DNA of 64,000 nucleotides from Escherichia coli (GCF_003991155.1 NZ_CP031293.1); one strand, 5' to 3'; shown: positions 11,779-23,129, numbered from the stretch's first letter. A program made the numbers and translations. The notes: generated by a model not told the origin, from the letters alone.

Positions 11779-11905
11779 TATACTCTAAATAATTCGAGTT
11801 GCAGGAAGGCGACAAGCGAGTGAATCCCCAGGCGCTTACATAAGTAAGTGACTGGGGTGAGCGAACGCAGACGCAGCACATGCAACTTGAAGTATGACGA
11901 GTATA
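11779..11905. repeat. ERIC (IRU) element, ~127 bp imperfect palindrome
   Basis: Contains GTGAATCCCCAGG.GCTTACAT and AAGTAAGTGACTGGGGTGAGCG (the classical ERIC core and primer sites). Terminal inverted repeats TATACTC...GAGTATA. Confidence 0.9.
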
Positions 11906-11906
11906 T

Positions 11907-13340
11907 TTACAGCATGTTCCAGCCGATCAGCATATTCCACCACCACACGCCGAGGGTGATATGCACCAGGAAGGTTAATATCGTCAGTACCGCACCGACC
12001 AACCACCAGGATTTAATATCGTTGTAACCCACGCCAAAGATGACCGGACCTGCCGCGCCGCCATAGTGAGTAACCATGCCGCCATAGGAGTTAGAGAACA
12101 ACAGTGCCAGCGCGGTTAACATTAACGGTGCGCCGGAGACATTCGCCAGCATGGCAAATACCGGTAACATGGCAACGATATAGGCACTACCGGAAGCGAA
12201 GAAATAACGCACGATGATGCTGAGGAAAATAATAACGAAGAAAGCAACGTTACCGTGACCATCAAATGCCAGGTTATTTTTAAAGACTTCAGCTAACCAT
12301 TCGAAGAATTTAACTTTCGATAATAAGGAGCTTAAGCCGATAATACCGCCGTACCAGATTAAGGTATTCCAGCCGCCTTTATTTTTAACCACGTCTTCCC
12401 AGGTAACGATGCCCAGCAGCAGCATAGTTGCCATAACAACGATTGCCACGGTGGATTCATCAACCCCCAGAGACTTACTGAAAATCCAGCCCAGCAGCGC
12501 CAGCACAAAGACACCGAGCAGCATTTTTTCGCGGATTTTCATCGGTCCCAGTTCGGCAAGGCCCGCTTTAGCGATGGTTTTGTTATCCACCTTCTTAATT
12601 TCTGGTGGATACATGGTGTAAATCACCAGCGGGGTGACCAGCAGCATAATGATGCCAGGCAATCCGGCGGCCAGCGCCCATCCACCCCAGCTAATTTGCA
12701 GGTGCAGAATGTCGTTGATCATTTTCAGCGCCAGAATGTTCCCCGCCATTGCGGTAAAGAACATATAGCTGGTGGTTTTGGTGACCATGTAAATGGACAT
12801 CATCAGGTAATGTCCGACACGACGCGGACTTTTTTCCGGTTCTGACCCCAAAGCCACCGCCACGCTGTTGATGATCGGTAACACAATGCCGCCCGCACGC
12901 GCGGTGTTAGACGGTGTTGCCGGAGCCAGTACCAGATCGAGAAATACCGTAACGTAACCCAGACCCAGGGTAGTGCTACCAATTTTACCAATCAGCAAAT
13001 AGGCAATACGTTTACCTAAGCCGGTGGTCACAAATGCGGCGCTTAAGGTAAACGCCGAGAACACCAGCCAGGTGGTACCGGAAGAGTAACCGCTTAATAC
13101 AGCGGTGGTTTTAAATTCCCCACCTGATAAGTTACCCACCACTACCATCGATGCGGCGACGGCAATTAACAGTACGACAGGTTCCGGGAAAGGCTTGATA
13201 ACCAGCCCCACAATGGCCGCCAGGTAAATACCAAAAAGCACCCACGCCAGTTCGCTTAATCCTGCTGGAGCTGGCATAAAGCCAATAATACATGGGATTG
13301 CTAATATCAGAATTAGCTTCCATAACGATTTCTTATTCAT
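11907..13340 (-). CDS. ybhI: DASS (SLC13/CitT-like) family anion transporter YbhI, 477 aa
   Basis: MNKKSLWKLILILAIPCIIGFMPAPAGLSELAWVLFGIYL... is a polytopic membrane protein matching K-12 YbhI. Confidence 0.93.
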   Translation of the reverse strand: MNKKSLWKLILILAIPCIIGFMPAPAGLSELAWVLFGIYLAAIVGLVIKPFPEPVVLLIAVAASMVVVGNLSGGEFKTTAVLSGYSSGTTWLVFSAFTLSAAFVTTGLGKRIAYLLIGKIGSTTLGLGYVTVFLDLVLAPATPSNTARAGGIVLPIINSVAVALGSEPEKSPRRVGHYLMMSIYMVTKTTSYMFFTAMAGNILALKMINDILHLQISWGGWALAAGLPGIIMLLVTPLVIYTMYPPEIKKVDNKTIAKAGLAELGPMKIREKMLLGVFVLALLGWIFSKSLGVDESTVAIVVMATMLLLGIVTWEDVVKNKGGWNTLIWYGGIIGLSSLLSKVKFFEWLAEVFKNNLAFDGHGNVAFFVIIFLSIIVRYFFASGSAYIVAMLPVFAMLANVSGAPLMLTALALLFSNSYGGMVTHYGGAAGPVIFGVGYNDIKSWWLVGAVLTILTFLVHITLGVWWWNMLIGWNML

Positions 13341-13415
13341 TTAATATCCTGTTCTTTCTGTATGACTCATACAGAATTCCTTTATTGATTGTCATTATCA
13401 CGACAACAAAATTTT

Positions 13416-14468
13416 TCAGGGAAGATAAACTTCACCGGAAAATATTTTTCTGGTCGTCCGAATAACAGATGCGCGTAACGTCGTGGCATCCTGACCTTCA
13501 TTACTTAAATGAACGTCGAGCGCACCACTGGGGTGTTCAATATTGATATTGCCGTATCCTACAGAAGGGACGATTTGTCGGGTGACGGTGCCTTCCAATG
13601 CACAACTACTGGAAATAGCAATAGCACCGGTTATCGCCAAAGCGCGATGGCAAGAATGCGGCATAAAATAACGCACATTAATTGCCCCGCCTTTCTGCGC
13701 TGGAGAAATAAGTACAGGTTTAGGGATAACCATATTACTGACATCGCCTAAGCCCATTGCTTTACCCGCTTGTAGACGGATAGATTCAATGCGGGCTAAT
13801 AATGCTTTGTCGGCATCCAGCTCTGCCGGTAATTCATAGCCTGTTTTTCCCAGATATTCAGCAGGAATAATGACAATTGGCATCGCCATATCGATACAGG
13901 TCACCGGGACATCGTCAAAATAATCAATCTGATTATCTGTCGGGAAGACTTTTCCGGTTTTCGTTCCGGCGGCATTCAGGAAAGTGAGCGCAACCGGTGC
14001 GGCAGTACCCGGTACGCCGTCAATTCTGGCGCTACCCTCGTACTCGACAACACCATTTGGCGTTTGCACATCAGCTTCGATGAACGTACCCGTATTGACG
14101 TTGCGGATACGTACGCGGGTAACTGGCGAAGTCGCTGCAATCAAACCATTTTCAATGGCGAATGCCCCAACGCCAGACAGCATATTGCCGCAGTTAGGCG
14201 TGGTATCGACACGTTGCTCATGGACGATAACTTGAGCAAACAGATAATCGACATCTGCATGCGGATCGCTGGAGCGGCTAATAATGGCGACTTTACTGGT
14301 CAGCGGATTACCGCCGCCAATACCGTCAATTTCCAGATCGTTACCGGAACCCATAATTGCCATCAATATTTTATCGCGCTGCGTTTGATCTTCGGGTAGA
14401 TGTTCCGCTAACAGGAACGCGCCCCTCGAGGTTCCACCTCGCATCATCACGCAGGGTATTTTTTTCAT
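13416..14468 (-). CDS. ybhH: PrpF-family (methylaconitate-isomerase-like) protein YbhH, 350 aa
   Basis: MKKIPCVMMRGGTSRGAFLLAEHLPED... shows the PrpF/AcnD-accessory family signature at the N-terminus. Confidence 0.92.
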   Translation of the reverse strand: MKKIPCVMMRGGTSRGAFLLAEHLPEDQTQRDKILMAIMGSGNDLEIDGIGGGNPLTSKVAIISRSSDPHADVDYLFAQVIVHEQRVDTTPNCGNMLSGVGAFAIENGLIAATSPVTRVRIRNVNTGTFIEADVQTPNGVVEYEGSARIDGVPGTAAPVALTFLNAAGTKTGKVFPTDNQIDYFDDVPVTCIDMAMPIVIIPAEYLGKTGYELPAELDADKALLARIESIRLQAGKAMGLGDVSNMVIPKPVLISPAQKGGAINVRYFMPHSCHRALAITGAIAISSSCALEGTVTRQIVPSVGYGNINIEHPSGALDVHLSNEGQDATTLRASVIRTTRKIFSGEVYLP

Positions 14469-14573
14469 AATAATGCCCTCAATTTAAAAACATAACTTAT
14501 TGCGATATGGTTACATTAAGGGCAAAGCATCTCTAATGACTTTAGCTCAACGATTAATAACATTTTTTCATTA

Positions 14574-14590
14574 ATTTAAGTTGGTTAAAT
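14574..14590. promoter_or_regulatory. Candidate LysR-type (T-N11-A) dyad in the ybhH/ybhD divergent region
   Basis: ATTTAA-GTTGG-TTAAAT inverted repeat lies between ybhH (start 14468) and ybhD (start 14652). Assignment to YbhD is inference only. Confidence 0.3.
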
Positions 14591-14651
14591 GCAGTTAAAA
14601 TTTTTAACGGTCAGCCACCCAAAATCGACGCTTCCATTTTCCGGAGTAATA

Positions 14652-15605
14652 ATGAAGCATGAATTATCAAGTATGAAGGCATTTGTCATACTGGCAGAGT
14701 CCAGTTCATTTAACAATGCTGCTAAATTACTCAATATTACGCAACCTGCATTAACGCGAAGAATAAAAAAGATGGAGGAAGATTTACATATCCAACTATT
14801 TGAGCGTACAACTCGCAAGGTTACGTTAACAAAAGCAGGAAAAAGATTGCTCCCGGAGGCGCGGGAATTAATAAAGAAATTCGATGAAACGATTTTTAAT
14901 ATTCGTGATATGAATGCTTATCATCGTGGTATGGTGACATTAGCGTGTATTCCGACCGCAGTATTTTATTTTTTACCGCTGGCAATCGGTAAATTTAATG
15001 AGCTGTATCCCAATATTAAAGTGCGGATTCTGGAACAAGGCACGAATAATTGCATGGAATCGGTGCTGTGTAACGAATCAGACTTTGGCATAAACATGAA
15101 CAACGTCACAAATTCATCCATCGATTTTACCCCACTGGTCAACGAGCCGTTCGTGCTGGCCTGTCGGCGTGACCATCCATTGGCCAAAAAGCAGCTTGTA
15201 GAATGGCAGGAGTTAGTGGGTTACAAAATGATTGGCGTACGCTCCTCCAGCGGCAACCGACTGTTGATAGAACAACAGCTAGCCGACAAGCCCTGGAAGC
15301 TGGACTGGTTTTACGAAGTGCGTCATCTTTCGACGTCATTAGGACTGGTGGAGGCAGGACTGGGGATTTCGGCGCTTCCAGGCCTGGCAATGCCCCATGC
15401 GCCCTATTCTTCGATTATTGGTATCCCACTGGTGGAACCCGTTATACGTCGGACATTGGGGATTATTCGCCGCAAAGATGCCGTGCTTTCTCCGGCAGCT
15501 GAACGCTTTTTTGCCTTGCTGATTAATTTGTGGACTGACGATAAAGACAATTTGTGGACCAATATCGTCGAACGCCAGAGACATGCGTTACAGGAGATAG
15601 GTTAA
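14652..15605 (+). CDS. ybhD: LysR-family transcriptional regulator YbhD, 317 aa
   Basis: ORF 14589..15605 trimmed to the ATG at 14652, preceded by GGAG. MKHELSSMKAFVILAESSSFNNAAKLLNITQPALTRRIKKMEEDL contains the HTH. Confidence 0.92.
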   Translation: MKHELSSMKAFVILAESSSFNNAAKLLNITQPALTRRIKKMEEDLHIQLFERTTRKVTLTKAGKRLLPEARELIKKFDETIFNIRDMNAYHRGMVTLACIPTAVFYFLPLAIGKFNELYPNIKVRILEQGTNNCMESVLCNESDFGINMNNVTNSSIDFTPLVNEPFVLACRRDHPLAKKQLVEWQELVGYKMIGVRSSSGNRLLIEQQLADKPWKLDWFYEVRHLSTSLGLVEAGLGISALPGLAMPHAPYSSIIGIPLVEPVIRRTLGIIRRKDAVLSPAAERFFALLINLWTDDKDNLWTNIVERQRHALQEIG

Positions 15606-15609
15606 TACA

Positions 15610-15633
15610 CCGGCGCAGGAGAGACTGCGCCGG
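15610..15633. terminator. Hairpin between convergent ybhD and pgl
   Basis: CCGGCGCAG-GAGAGA-CTGCGCCGG, a 9-bp GC-rich stem. No clear U-tract on either strand. Confidence 0.4.
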
Positions 15634-15645
15634 GTAAATCAGCGG

Positions 15646-16677
<1,032 letters not shown>

Positions 16678-16795
16678 CTAAAATTAGTCGCTTTTGGCGG
16701 TGAATGCTGAATTAAAACGCAGAATTTTGTCCGATAGTGGTATCGGTGTACCATTCGCGCAGACGAAAATTCTTAACCTTAATCTGGAATACGCC

Positions 16796-17614
16796 ATGAC
16801 CACACGCGTGATTGCTCTCGACTTAGACGGCACCTTATTGACCCCGAAAAAGACCCTGCTTCCTTCATCGATAGAAGCCCTGGCCCGTGCTCGCGAAGCA
16901 GGCTATCGATTAATCATCGTCACAGGTCGCCATCACGTCGCTATTCATCCTTTTTATCAGGCGCTGGCGCTGGATACACCTGCTATTTGCTGTAATGGCA
17001 CCTATTTGTATGATTATCATGCAAAAACCGTGCTGGAAGCGGACCCAATGCCCGTTAATAAAGCCCTGCAACTCATTGAGATGCTGAATGAACACCACAT
17101 TCACGGTCTGATGTATGTCGATGATGCAATGGTCTATGAGCACCCGACCGGGCATGTCATTCGCACGTCTAACTGGGCGCAAACCCTGCCGCCGGAACAG
17201 CGTCCGACTTTCACACAAGTCGCTTCTCTGGCTGAAACGGCGCAACAAGTTAACGCCGTATGGAAGTTCGCCCTGACGCACGATGACCTGCCGCAATTGC
17301 AGCATTTTGGTAAGCATGTCGAACATGAACTGGGACTGGAGTGTGAATGGTCCTGGCACGATCAGGTTGATATTGCACGCGGCGGCAACAGCAAAGGTAA
17401 ACGTTTGACGAAATGGGTTGAGGCACAAGGTTGGTCGATGGAAAACGTCGTGGCATTCGGCGATAACTTTAATGATATCAGTATGCTGGAAGCCGCTGGT
17501 ACAGGCGTGGCGATGGGCAACGCCGATGACGCGGTAAAAGCGCGCGCCAACATTGTGATTGGTGATAACACCACCGACAGCATTGCCCAGTTCATTTATA
17601 GCCACCTGATTTAA
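16796..17614 (+). CDS. ybhA: HAD-family sugar/pyridoxal phosphate phosphatase YbhA, 272 aa
   Basis: ORF 16694..17614 trimmed to the ATG at 16796 (MTTRVIALDLDGTLL, HAD motif I). Confidence 0.94.
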   Translation: MTTRVIALDLDGTLLTPKKTLLPSSIEALARAREAGYRLIIVTGRHHVAIHPFYQALALDTPAICCNGTYLYDYHAKTVLEADPMPVNKALQLIEMLNEHHIHGLMYVDDAMVYEHPTGHVIRTSNWAQTLPPEQRPTFTQVASLAETAQQVNAVWKFALTHDDLPQLQHFGKHVEHELGLECEWSWHDQVDIARGGNSKGKRLTKWVEAQGWSMENVVAFGDNFNDISMLEAAGTGVAMGNADDAVKARANIVIGDNTTDSIAQFIYSHLI

Positions 17615-18673
17615 TCAGGCGGTTATCGACACACTTTTAATTTGCGCGTACAGCCACAGGCCTGGTTTGATCGCCAGTTCATCCCTGGCCCACGGGCTGA
17701 TACGCGCCCACAGCGTTTTACCGCCGACTTCCAGCTCCACTTCCACCTGGCCGTTGTCGTCATAACTATTAACAACTTTTGCCCGCAATACGTTACGAAT
17801 GCTGGTTTGCTGCGGCGGTTGTAAAACCAGAGAAACATCGGAAGCCTGAATGCGGATACGTAGCGCAGCTTGCAGCGGTTCGTCCAGCTTATTGACCCAC
17901 AAATGCTGATCGCCCAGCGCCAGCGCGGTCATCGCGTAATGCGGATGATGCTCAAGCACCGTCACTTTCAGAATGCTACTTTGTTGCTCTTTCGGCAGCC
18001 ACGGATTCATCACGCTACTGCCCCACACTTCTTCCAGCGCGCCAAAGGCTTTCACCTGACCGTTTTCCAGTACCATCACTCTGTCTGCCAGATGGAGGAT
18101 CTCATCCAGCGAATGGCTGACATACAACATCGGAATGTTGATTTCCCGCGTCAGACGTTGCAGATAAGGCAACAGTTCGCGTTTACGCGGAATATCCAGT
18201 GACGCCAGCGGTTCATCCAGCAACAGCAATTCCGGTGCTGTCAGCAAAGCCCGACCAATCGCCACGCGCTGTTTTTCGCCTCCGGACAGGCTGCCTGGTA
18301 AACGATCAAGCAACGGTTCAATGCCTAAAAGCGCCACCAGCTTATCGAACTGATCGACCATGCTTTTCGCCATGCCGTAGCGCAGATTGCCACGCACTTT
18401 GTAATGCGAGAACAGCCGCGCATCCTGAAACACATAGCCTACGCGACGCTTTTCTGGCGTCAGGCAGATACCTTTATCGGCGTCATTTAGTACCCGACCA
18501 TTGAGGACAATCCGCCCTTTTTGCGGGCGCGTCAGCCCACTGATGGCGTTAATCAGCGAGGTTTTTCCGGCACCAGAGACACCAAAAATAGCGGTGATGC
18601 CATTGGCGGGCAGCGTTTCATTAATCGTCAGGCAATGGTTGCCCAACGTCTGGGAAAAATTCAGTTCCAGCAT
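17615..18673 (-). CDS. modC: Molybdate ABC transporter ATP-binding protein, 352 aa
   Basis: Walker [10 protein letters not shown], signature LSGGEKQR and a C-terminal Mop/TOBE domain. Confidence 0.97.
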   Translation of the reverse strand: MLELNFSQTLGNHCLTINETLPANGITAIFGVSGAGKTSLINAISGLTRPQKGRIVLNGRVLNDADKGICLTPEKRRVGYVFQDARLFSHYKVRGNLRYGMAKSMVDQFDKLVALLGIEPLLDRLPGSLSGGEKQRVAIGRALLTAPELLLLDEPLASLDIPRKRELLPYLQRLTREINIPMLYVSHSLDEILHLADRVMVLENGQVKAFGALEEVWGSSVMNPWLPKEQQSSILKVTVLEHHPHYAMTALALGDQHLWVNKLDEPLQAALRIRIQASDVSLVLQPPQQTSIRNVLRAKVVNSYDDNGQVEVELEVGGKTLWARISPWARDELAIKPGLWLYAQIKSVSITA

Positions 18674-18675
18674 GA

Positions 18676-19365
18676 TTAGCGCCCCGCCCGTTCACGGCTG
18701 ATTCTGGCCAGCCATTCTGAAATCAACAGGGAGATCATCGCCAGCGCAATAGAAATAATACACAGTCTCGCCGCGCCACTTTCCCCACCTGGGGTCTGGA
18801 TCAGGGTATACATAGCAGAAGGAATGGTTCGCGTTTCACCAGGAATGTTCGACACAAAGGTGATGGTTGCGCCAAATTCACCGAGCGAACGAGCGAATGC
18901 CAGTACCGTACCAACAATAATTCCCGGCAACGTCAGCGGTAAGGTAATAGTGAAGAAGACACGCCAGCGCCCGGCACCCAACGTTCTTGCGGCCTGCTCC
19001 AGTTTGATATCAACACCTTCCAGCGCCAGACGAATCGCCCGCACCATCAGCGGAAAAGACATGACAGCGGCAGCGAGAACCGCACCACGCCAGCTAAACG
19101 CGAAAGAAAGACCAAACCAGTCATACAGACGTTCACCGATAAATCCGCGCCGTCCCATCGAAACTAATAATAGGTAACCGACGACCACGGGCGGTAACAC
19201 CAGCGGTAGATGCAGTACGCTGTCGAGCAGAGCTTTGCCCGGAAACGTGCAACGCACCAGTAACCAGGCAAAAAAGATCCCAAACGGCAGGCTAAGCAGC
19301 ACAGCCAGGGAAGAAACTTTCAGGCTTAGTAAAACCGCCTGCCATTCTGGATCGGTCAGTATCAT
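18676..19365 (-). CDS. modB: Molybdate ABC transporter permease, 229 aa
   Basis: [38 protein letters not shown]... matches K-12 ModB. Confidence 0.97.
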   Translation of the reverse strand: MILTDPEWQAVLLSLKVSSLAVLLSLPFGIFFAWLLVRCTFPGKALLDSVLHLPLVLPPVVVGYLLLVSMGRRGFIGERLYDWFGLSFAFSWRGAVLAAAVMSFPLMVRAIRLALEGVDIKLEQAARTLGAGRWRVFFTITLPLTLPGIIVGTVLAFARSLGEFGATITFVSNIPGETRTIPSAMYTLIQTPGGESGAARLCIISIALAMISLLISEWLARISRERAGR

Positions 19366-20138
19366 TACTTGGTTGTAAATCCGTAACGTTTAAAGATTTC
19401 CGCTGCCTGCGGTCCCTTCAGATAATCATAAAATGCTTTCACTGTCGCATTATTATGCCCTTCCACAACAGCAACCGGATATTCCACTTTTTTATGTGAA
19501 TCTTCCGGGAAGGTGGCAACCACTTTTACCCCTTTGCTGGCAACTGCGTCAGAACCGTAAACAATACCCAGCGGCGCTTCATTGCGTTCGACCAACGCCA
19601 GCGCGCCACGAACATCTTCCGCCGGAGCCAGTTTCGGGGAGAGCGTATCCCATGCGCCCAGTTTTTGCAGTGCTTCTTTCGCATAAATGCCAGCAGGGAC
19701 ATGTTCCGGATCACCAACCGCGAGGCGACCGCCATTCAGCAGCGAAGTCCAGTTGGTTTTGCTGTCGATGGTGAAATCTTTCTGCTCGCTGGCTTTCGGT
19801 GCTACAACGACCAGGCTATTGCCGAGCAGTGTCTGGCGCGAAGCCGTATCGATCGCTTTTTTATCAACCGCATAATCCATCCATTTCTGATCGGCAGAAA
19901 TAAACAGATCCGCAGGCGCACCCGCTTCAATCTGACGGGCCAAAGTAGATGACGAAGCGAAAGAAGAAACCACATCCACGCCTTTCTCTTTTTTATACTG
20001 CGTAGCAATGTCCTGCATTGCGTTAGTCAGTGATGCGGCGGCGAACACCGTGATTTTCCCTTCATCTGCCAGTGCATTGCCAGCAACAGCGAAAGAGAGT
20101 GCCGCCCCGGTAAACAAGTTCAACCATTTACGAGCCAT
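19365..20138 (-). CDS. modA: Periplasmic molybdate-binding protein, 257 aa
   Basis: MARKWLNLFTGAALSFAVAGNALADEGKITVFAAASLTNAMQDI... has a signal peptide. 1-nt overlap with modB. Confidence 0.97.
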   Translation of the reverse strand: MARKWLNLFTGAALSFAVAGNALADEGKITVFAAASLTNAMQDIATQYKKEKGVDVVSSFASSSTLARQIEAGAPADLFISADQKWMDYAVDKKAIDTASRQTLLGNSLVVVAPKASEQKDFTIDSKTNWTSLLNGGRLAVGDPEHVPAGIYAKEALQKLGAWDTLSPKLAPAEDVRGALALVERNEAPLGIVYGSDAVASKGVKVVATFPEDSHKKVEYPVAVVEGHNNATVKAFYDYLKGPQAAEIFKRYGFTTK

Positions 20139-20157
20139 TGGTAACCCCTTAATCTAA

Positions 20158-20181
20158 CGTTATGTAGGCGTCAATATAACG
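20158..20181. promoter_or_regulatory. ModE-molybdate operator at the modABC promoter
   Basis: CGTTAT-GTAGGCGTCAAT-ATAACG dyad lies 20 bp upstream of the modA ATG. It fits the CGTTATAT...ATATAACG-type ModE site. Confidence 0.75.
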
Positions 20182-20264
20182 GCAAGTTCGGAATTTTCCC
20201 AGCAGTTATTGCTAACCTTTGTGAGGTAGATGAGAAAAAATATCGGCAGGAAAAGCAGGAAGTT

Positions 20265-20296
20265 GAGAAAAAGAAAATGCCCGACTAAGCGGGCAT
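20265..20296 (-). terminator. Rho-independent terminator of acrZ
   Basis: On the minus strand, ATGCCCG-CTTAGT-CGGGCAT is followed by TTTCTTTTTC. Confidence 0.7.
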
Positions 20297-20304
20297 TCAG
20301 GGAA

Positions 20305-20472
<168 letters not shown>

Positions 20473-20582
20473 TCATGAGACTATTCTAACCGCTAAGCAC
20501 AGAAAAGCACTCCCCTTTTGTGCGGTCAGCTTTGCGTGGCGTTCGTTTTCCGTCACAATAAGACTTTTGCCAGGACATTGTT

Positions 20583-21371
20583 ATGCAGGCCGAAATCCTT
20601 CTCACCCTTAAGCTCCAACAAAAATTATTCGCCGACCCGCGCCGCATTTCGCTACTAAAACACATTGCGCTTTCCGGTTCCATTAGCCAGGGAGCGAAAG
20701 ATGCCGGTATCAGCTATAAAAGCGCCTGGGATGCCATTAACGAGATGAATCAGTTAAGTGAGCATATTCTGGTTGAGCGCGCAACAGGCGGTAAAGGTGG
20801 CGGCGGCGCAGTACTGACCCGCTATGGTCAGCGACTGATTCAGCTCTATGACTTACTGGCGCAAATCCAGCAAAAAGCCTTTGATGTGTTAAGTGACGAT
20901 GACGCCCTGCCGCTGAACAGCCTGCTGGCCGCGATCTCACGTTTTTCACTGCAAACCAGCGCCCGTAACCAGTGGTTCGGTACCATCACCGCCCGCGATC
21001 ATGATGACGTTCAACAGCATGTTGATGTCTTACTGGCTGATGGAAAAACACGCCTGAAAGTCGCAATTACCGCACAAAGCGGCGCACGTCTGGGGCTGGA
21101 TGAAGGCAAAGAAGTGTTGATATTGCTAAAAGCGCCGTGGGTAGGGATTACTCAGGACGAGGCGGTCGCGCAAAACGCTGACAACCAATTACCGGGTATT
21201 ATTAGTCATATTGAGCGCGGCGCAGAGCAGTGCGAAGTATTAATGGCGCTACCCGACGGGCAAACACTGTGCGCCACAGTGCCGGTAAATGAAGCGACTT
21301 CTCTTCAGCAAGGACAGAATGTCACGGCCTACTTTAATGCCGACAGCGTGATTATCGCCACGCTGTGCTAA
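20583..21371 (+). CDS. modE: Molybdate-responsive transcriptional regulator ModE, 262 aa
   Basis: MQAEILLTLKLQQKLFADPRRISLLKHIALSGSISQGAKDAGISYKSAWDAINEMN... with tandem Mop domains. Confidence 0.97.
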   Translation: MQAEILLTLKLQQKLFADPRRISLLKHIALSGSISQGAKDAGISYKSAWDAINEMNQLSEHILVERATGGKGGGGAVLTRYGQRLIQLYDLLAQIQQKAFDVLSDDDALPLNSLLAAISRFSLQTSARNQWFGTITARDHDDVQQHVDVLLADGKTRLKVAITAQSGARLGLDEGKEVLILLKAPWVGITQDEAVAQNADNQLPGIISHIERGAEQCEVLMALPDGQTLCATVPVNEATSLQQGQNVTAYFNADSVIIATLC

Positions 21372-21438
21372 GCGTGTTGACAATTTGTTATGAAACACGT
21401 ATCCCTGTCAGTAATCGCTGCACAAAATGGGATATAAA

Positions 21439-22911
21439 ATGTCATCGTTGCAAATTTTGCAAGGCACGTTTCGTCTTGGCGACACAAAAACGCTGCAATT
21501 GCCTCAGCTAACGTTAAACGCGGGTGATAGTTGGGCGTTTGTCGGTTCGAATGGAAGCGGGAAATCGGCGCTGGCCCGCGCGCTGGCAGGTGAACTTCCG
21601 CTTTTGAAAGGTGAACGGCAAAGCCAGTTTTCCCACATCACTCGTCTCTCCTTCGAGCAATTGCAAAAGCTCGTCAGCGACGAATGGCAGCGGAATAACA
21701 CCGATATGCTTAGTCCTGGCGAAGATGACACCGGGCGTACCACGGCTGAGATCATTCAGGATGAAGTAAAGGATACTCCGCGTTGCATGCAACTGGCGCA
21801 GCAGTTCGGTATTACCGCCCTCCTCGACCGACGCTTTAAATACCTTTCCACTGGCGAGACGCGAAAAACCCTGCTGTGTCAGGCGCTGATGTCGGAGCCT
21901 GACTTGTTGATCCTTGATGAACCGTTCGATGGCCTGGATGTTGCCTCACGTCAGCAGCTGGCTGAGCTACTCGCCTCGTTACATCAGTCCGGTATTACTC
22001 TGGTACTGGTGCTCAATCGCTTCGATGAGATCCCGGAATTTGTCCAGTTTGCTGGCGTGCTGGCGGATTGCACGTTAGCGGAAACTGGCGCTAAAGAAGA
22101 ACTGCTCCAACAAGCACTCGTTGCGCAACTGGCGCATAGCGAACTGCTTGAAGGTGTGCAAATGCCGGAGCCGGATGAACCTTCAGCACGTCACGCCTTA
22201 CCCGCCAACGAACCGCGCATTGTGCTGAACAATGGCGTGGTTTCTTATAACGAACGCCCCATTCTTAATAACCTTAGCTGGCAGGTGAATCCAGGCGAAC
22301 ACTGGCAAATTGTCGGGCCAAATGGCGCGGGAAAATCGACGTTATTAAGCCTGATTACTGGCGATCATCCGCAAGGTTACAGCAACGATTTGACGCTTTT
22401 CGGACGACGTCGCGGCAGCGGCGAAACCATCTGGGATATCAAAAAGCATATCGGTTACGTCAGCAGTAGTTTGCATCTGGATTACCGGGTCAGCACTACT
22501 GTGCGTAATGTGATTCTTTCTGGCTATTTTGATTCGATTGGCATTTATCAGGCCGTTTCGGATCGCCAGCAAAAACTGGTGCAGCAGTGGCTGGATATTC
22601 TCGGCATTGATAAACGCACGGCTGACGCTCCGTTCCATAGTCTTTCCTGGGGACAGCAGCGTCTGGCGCTGATCGTCCGCGCGCTGGTGAAACATCCGAC
22701 GTTGCTTATTCTCGATGAACCACTACAGGGGCTGGACCCGCTCAATCGCCAGCTTATCCGCCGTTTTGTTGATGTGCTGATTAGCGAAGGTGAAACGCAA
22801 TTGTTGTTTGTTTCGCACCACGCTGAAGATGCGCCTGCCTGTATTACCCATCGTCTTGAGTTCGTGCCGGACGGTGACTTTTATCGCTATGCGCTGACAA
22901 AAATTAACTGA
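21439..22911 (+). CDS. modF: ModF, ABC-type ATPase with two nucleotide-binding domains, 490 aa
   Basis: ORF 21427..22911 trimmed to the ATG at 21439 (MSSLQILQGTFRL...). Walker A motifs GSNGSGKS and GPNGAGKS. Confidence 0.93.
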   Translation: MSSLQILQGTFRLGDTKTLQLPQLTLNAGDSWAFVGSNGSGKSALARALAGELPLLKGERQSQFSHITRLSFEQLQKLVSDEWQRNNTDMLSPGEDDTGRTTAEIIQDEVKDTPRCMQLAQQFGITALLDRRFKYLSTGETRKTLLCQALMSEPDLLILDEPFDGLDVASRQQLAELLASLHQSGITLVLVLNRFDEIPEFVQFAGVLADCTLAETGAKEELLQQALVAQLAHSELLEGVQMPEPDEPSARHALPANEPRIVLNNGVVSYNERPILNNLSWQVNPGEHWQIVGPNGAGKSTLLSLITGDHPQGYSNDLTLFGRRRGSGETIWDIKKHIGYVSSSLHLDYRVSTTVRNVILSGYFDSIGIYQAVSDRQQKLVQQWLDILGIDKRTADAPFHSLSWGQQRLALIVRALVKHPTLLILDEPLQGLDPLNRQLIRRFVDVLISEGETQLLFVSHHAEDAPACITHRLEFVPDGDFYRYALTKIN

Positions 22912-22930
22912 GTCGGTAATGCTGACTGTA

Positions 22931-22963
22931 CCGGAGGCGGCCTAAGCGCCCTCTCCGGCCTAC
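22931..22963. repeat. REP-like palindromic unit
   Basis: CCGGAGGCGGCCTAAGCGCCCTCTCCGGCCTAC is an imperfect GC-rich palindrome ending in the REP-typical TCCGGCCTAC. Confidence 0.5.
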
Positions 22964-23078
22964 AGTTCGACGCATGCAGGCATGAAACCGCGTCTTTTTT
23001 TCAGATAAAAAGCGCAATCATTCATAAACCCTCTGTTTTATAATCACTTAATCGCGCATAAAAAACGGCTAAATTCTT

Positions 23079-23094
23079 GTGTAAACGATTCCAC
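23079..23094. promoter_or_regulatory. gal external operator OE (GalR/GalS)
   Basis: GTGTAAACGATTCCAC is an exact match to the OE sequence as I recall it. Confidence 0.9.
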
Positions 23095-23116
23095 TAATTT
23101 ATTCCATGTCACACTT
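23095..23116. promoter_or_regulatory. cAMP-CRP site of the gal promoters
   Basis: TAATTTATTCCATGTCACACTT has a good TGTCACA half-site. It is centred ~41.5 bp upstream of the inferred P1 start. Confidence 0.75.
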
Positions 23117-23129
23117 TTCGCATCTTTGT

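Noticed and set aside
22969-23001. Possible modF terminator (GACGC...GCGTC followed by TTTTTTT)
   Set aside because: The stem is only 5 bp with a 16-nt loop. The T-run is suggestive, but the structure is too weak to call as a feature.
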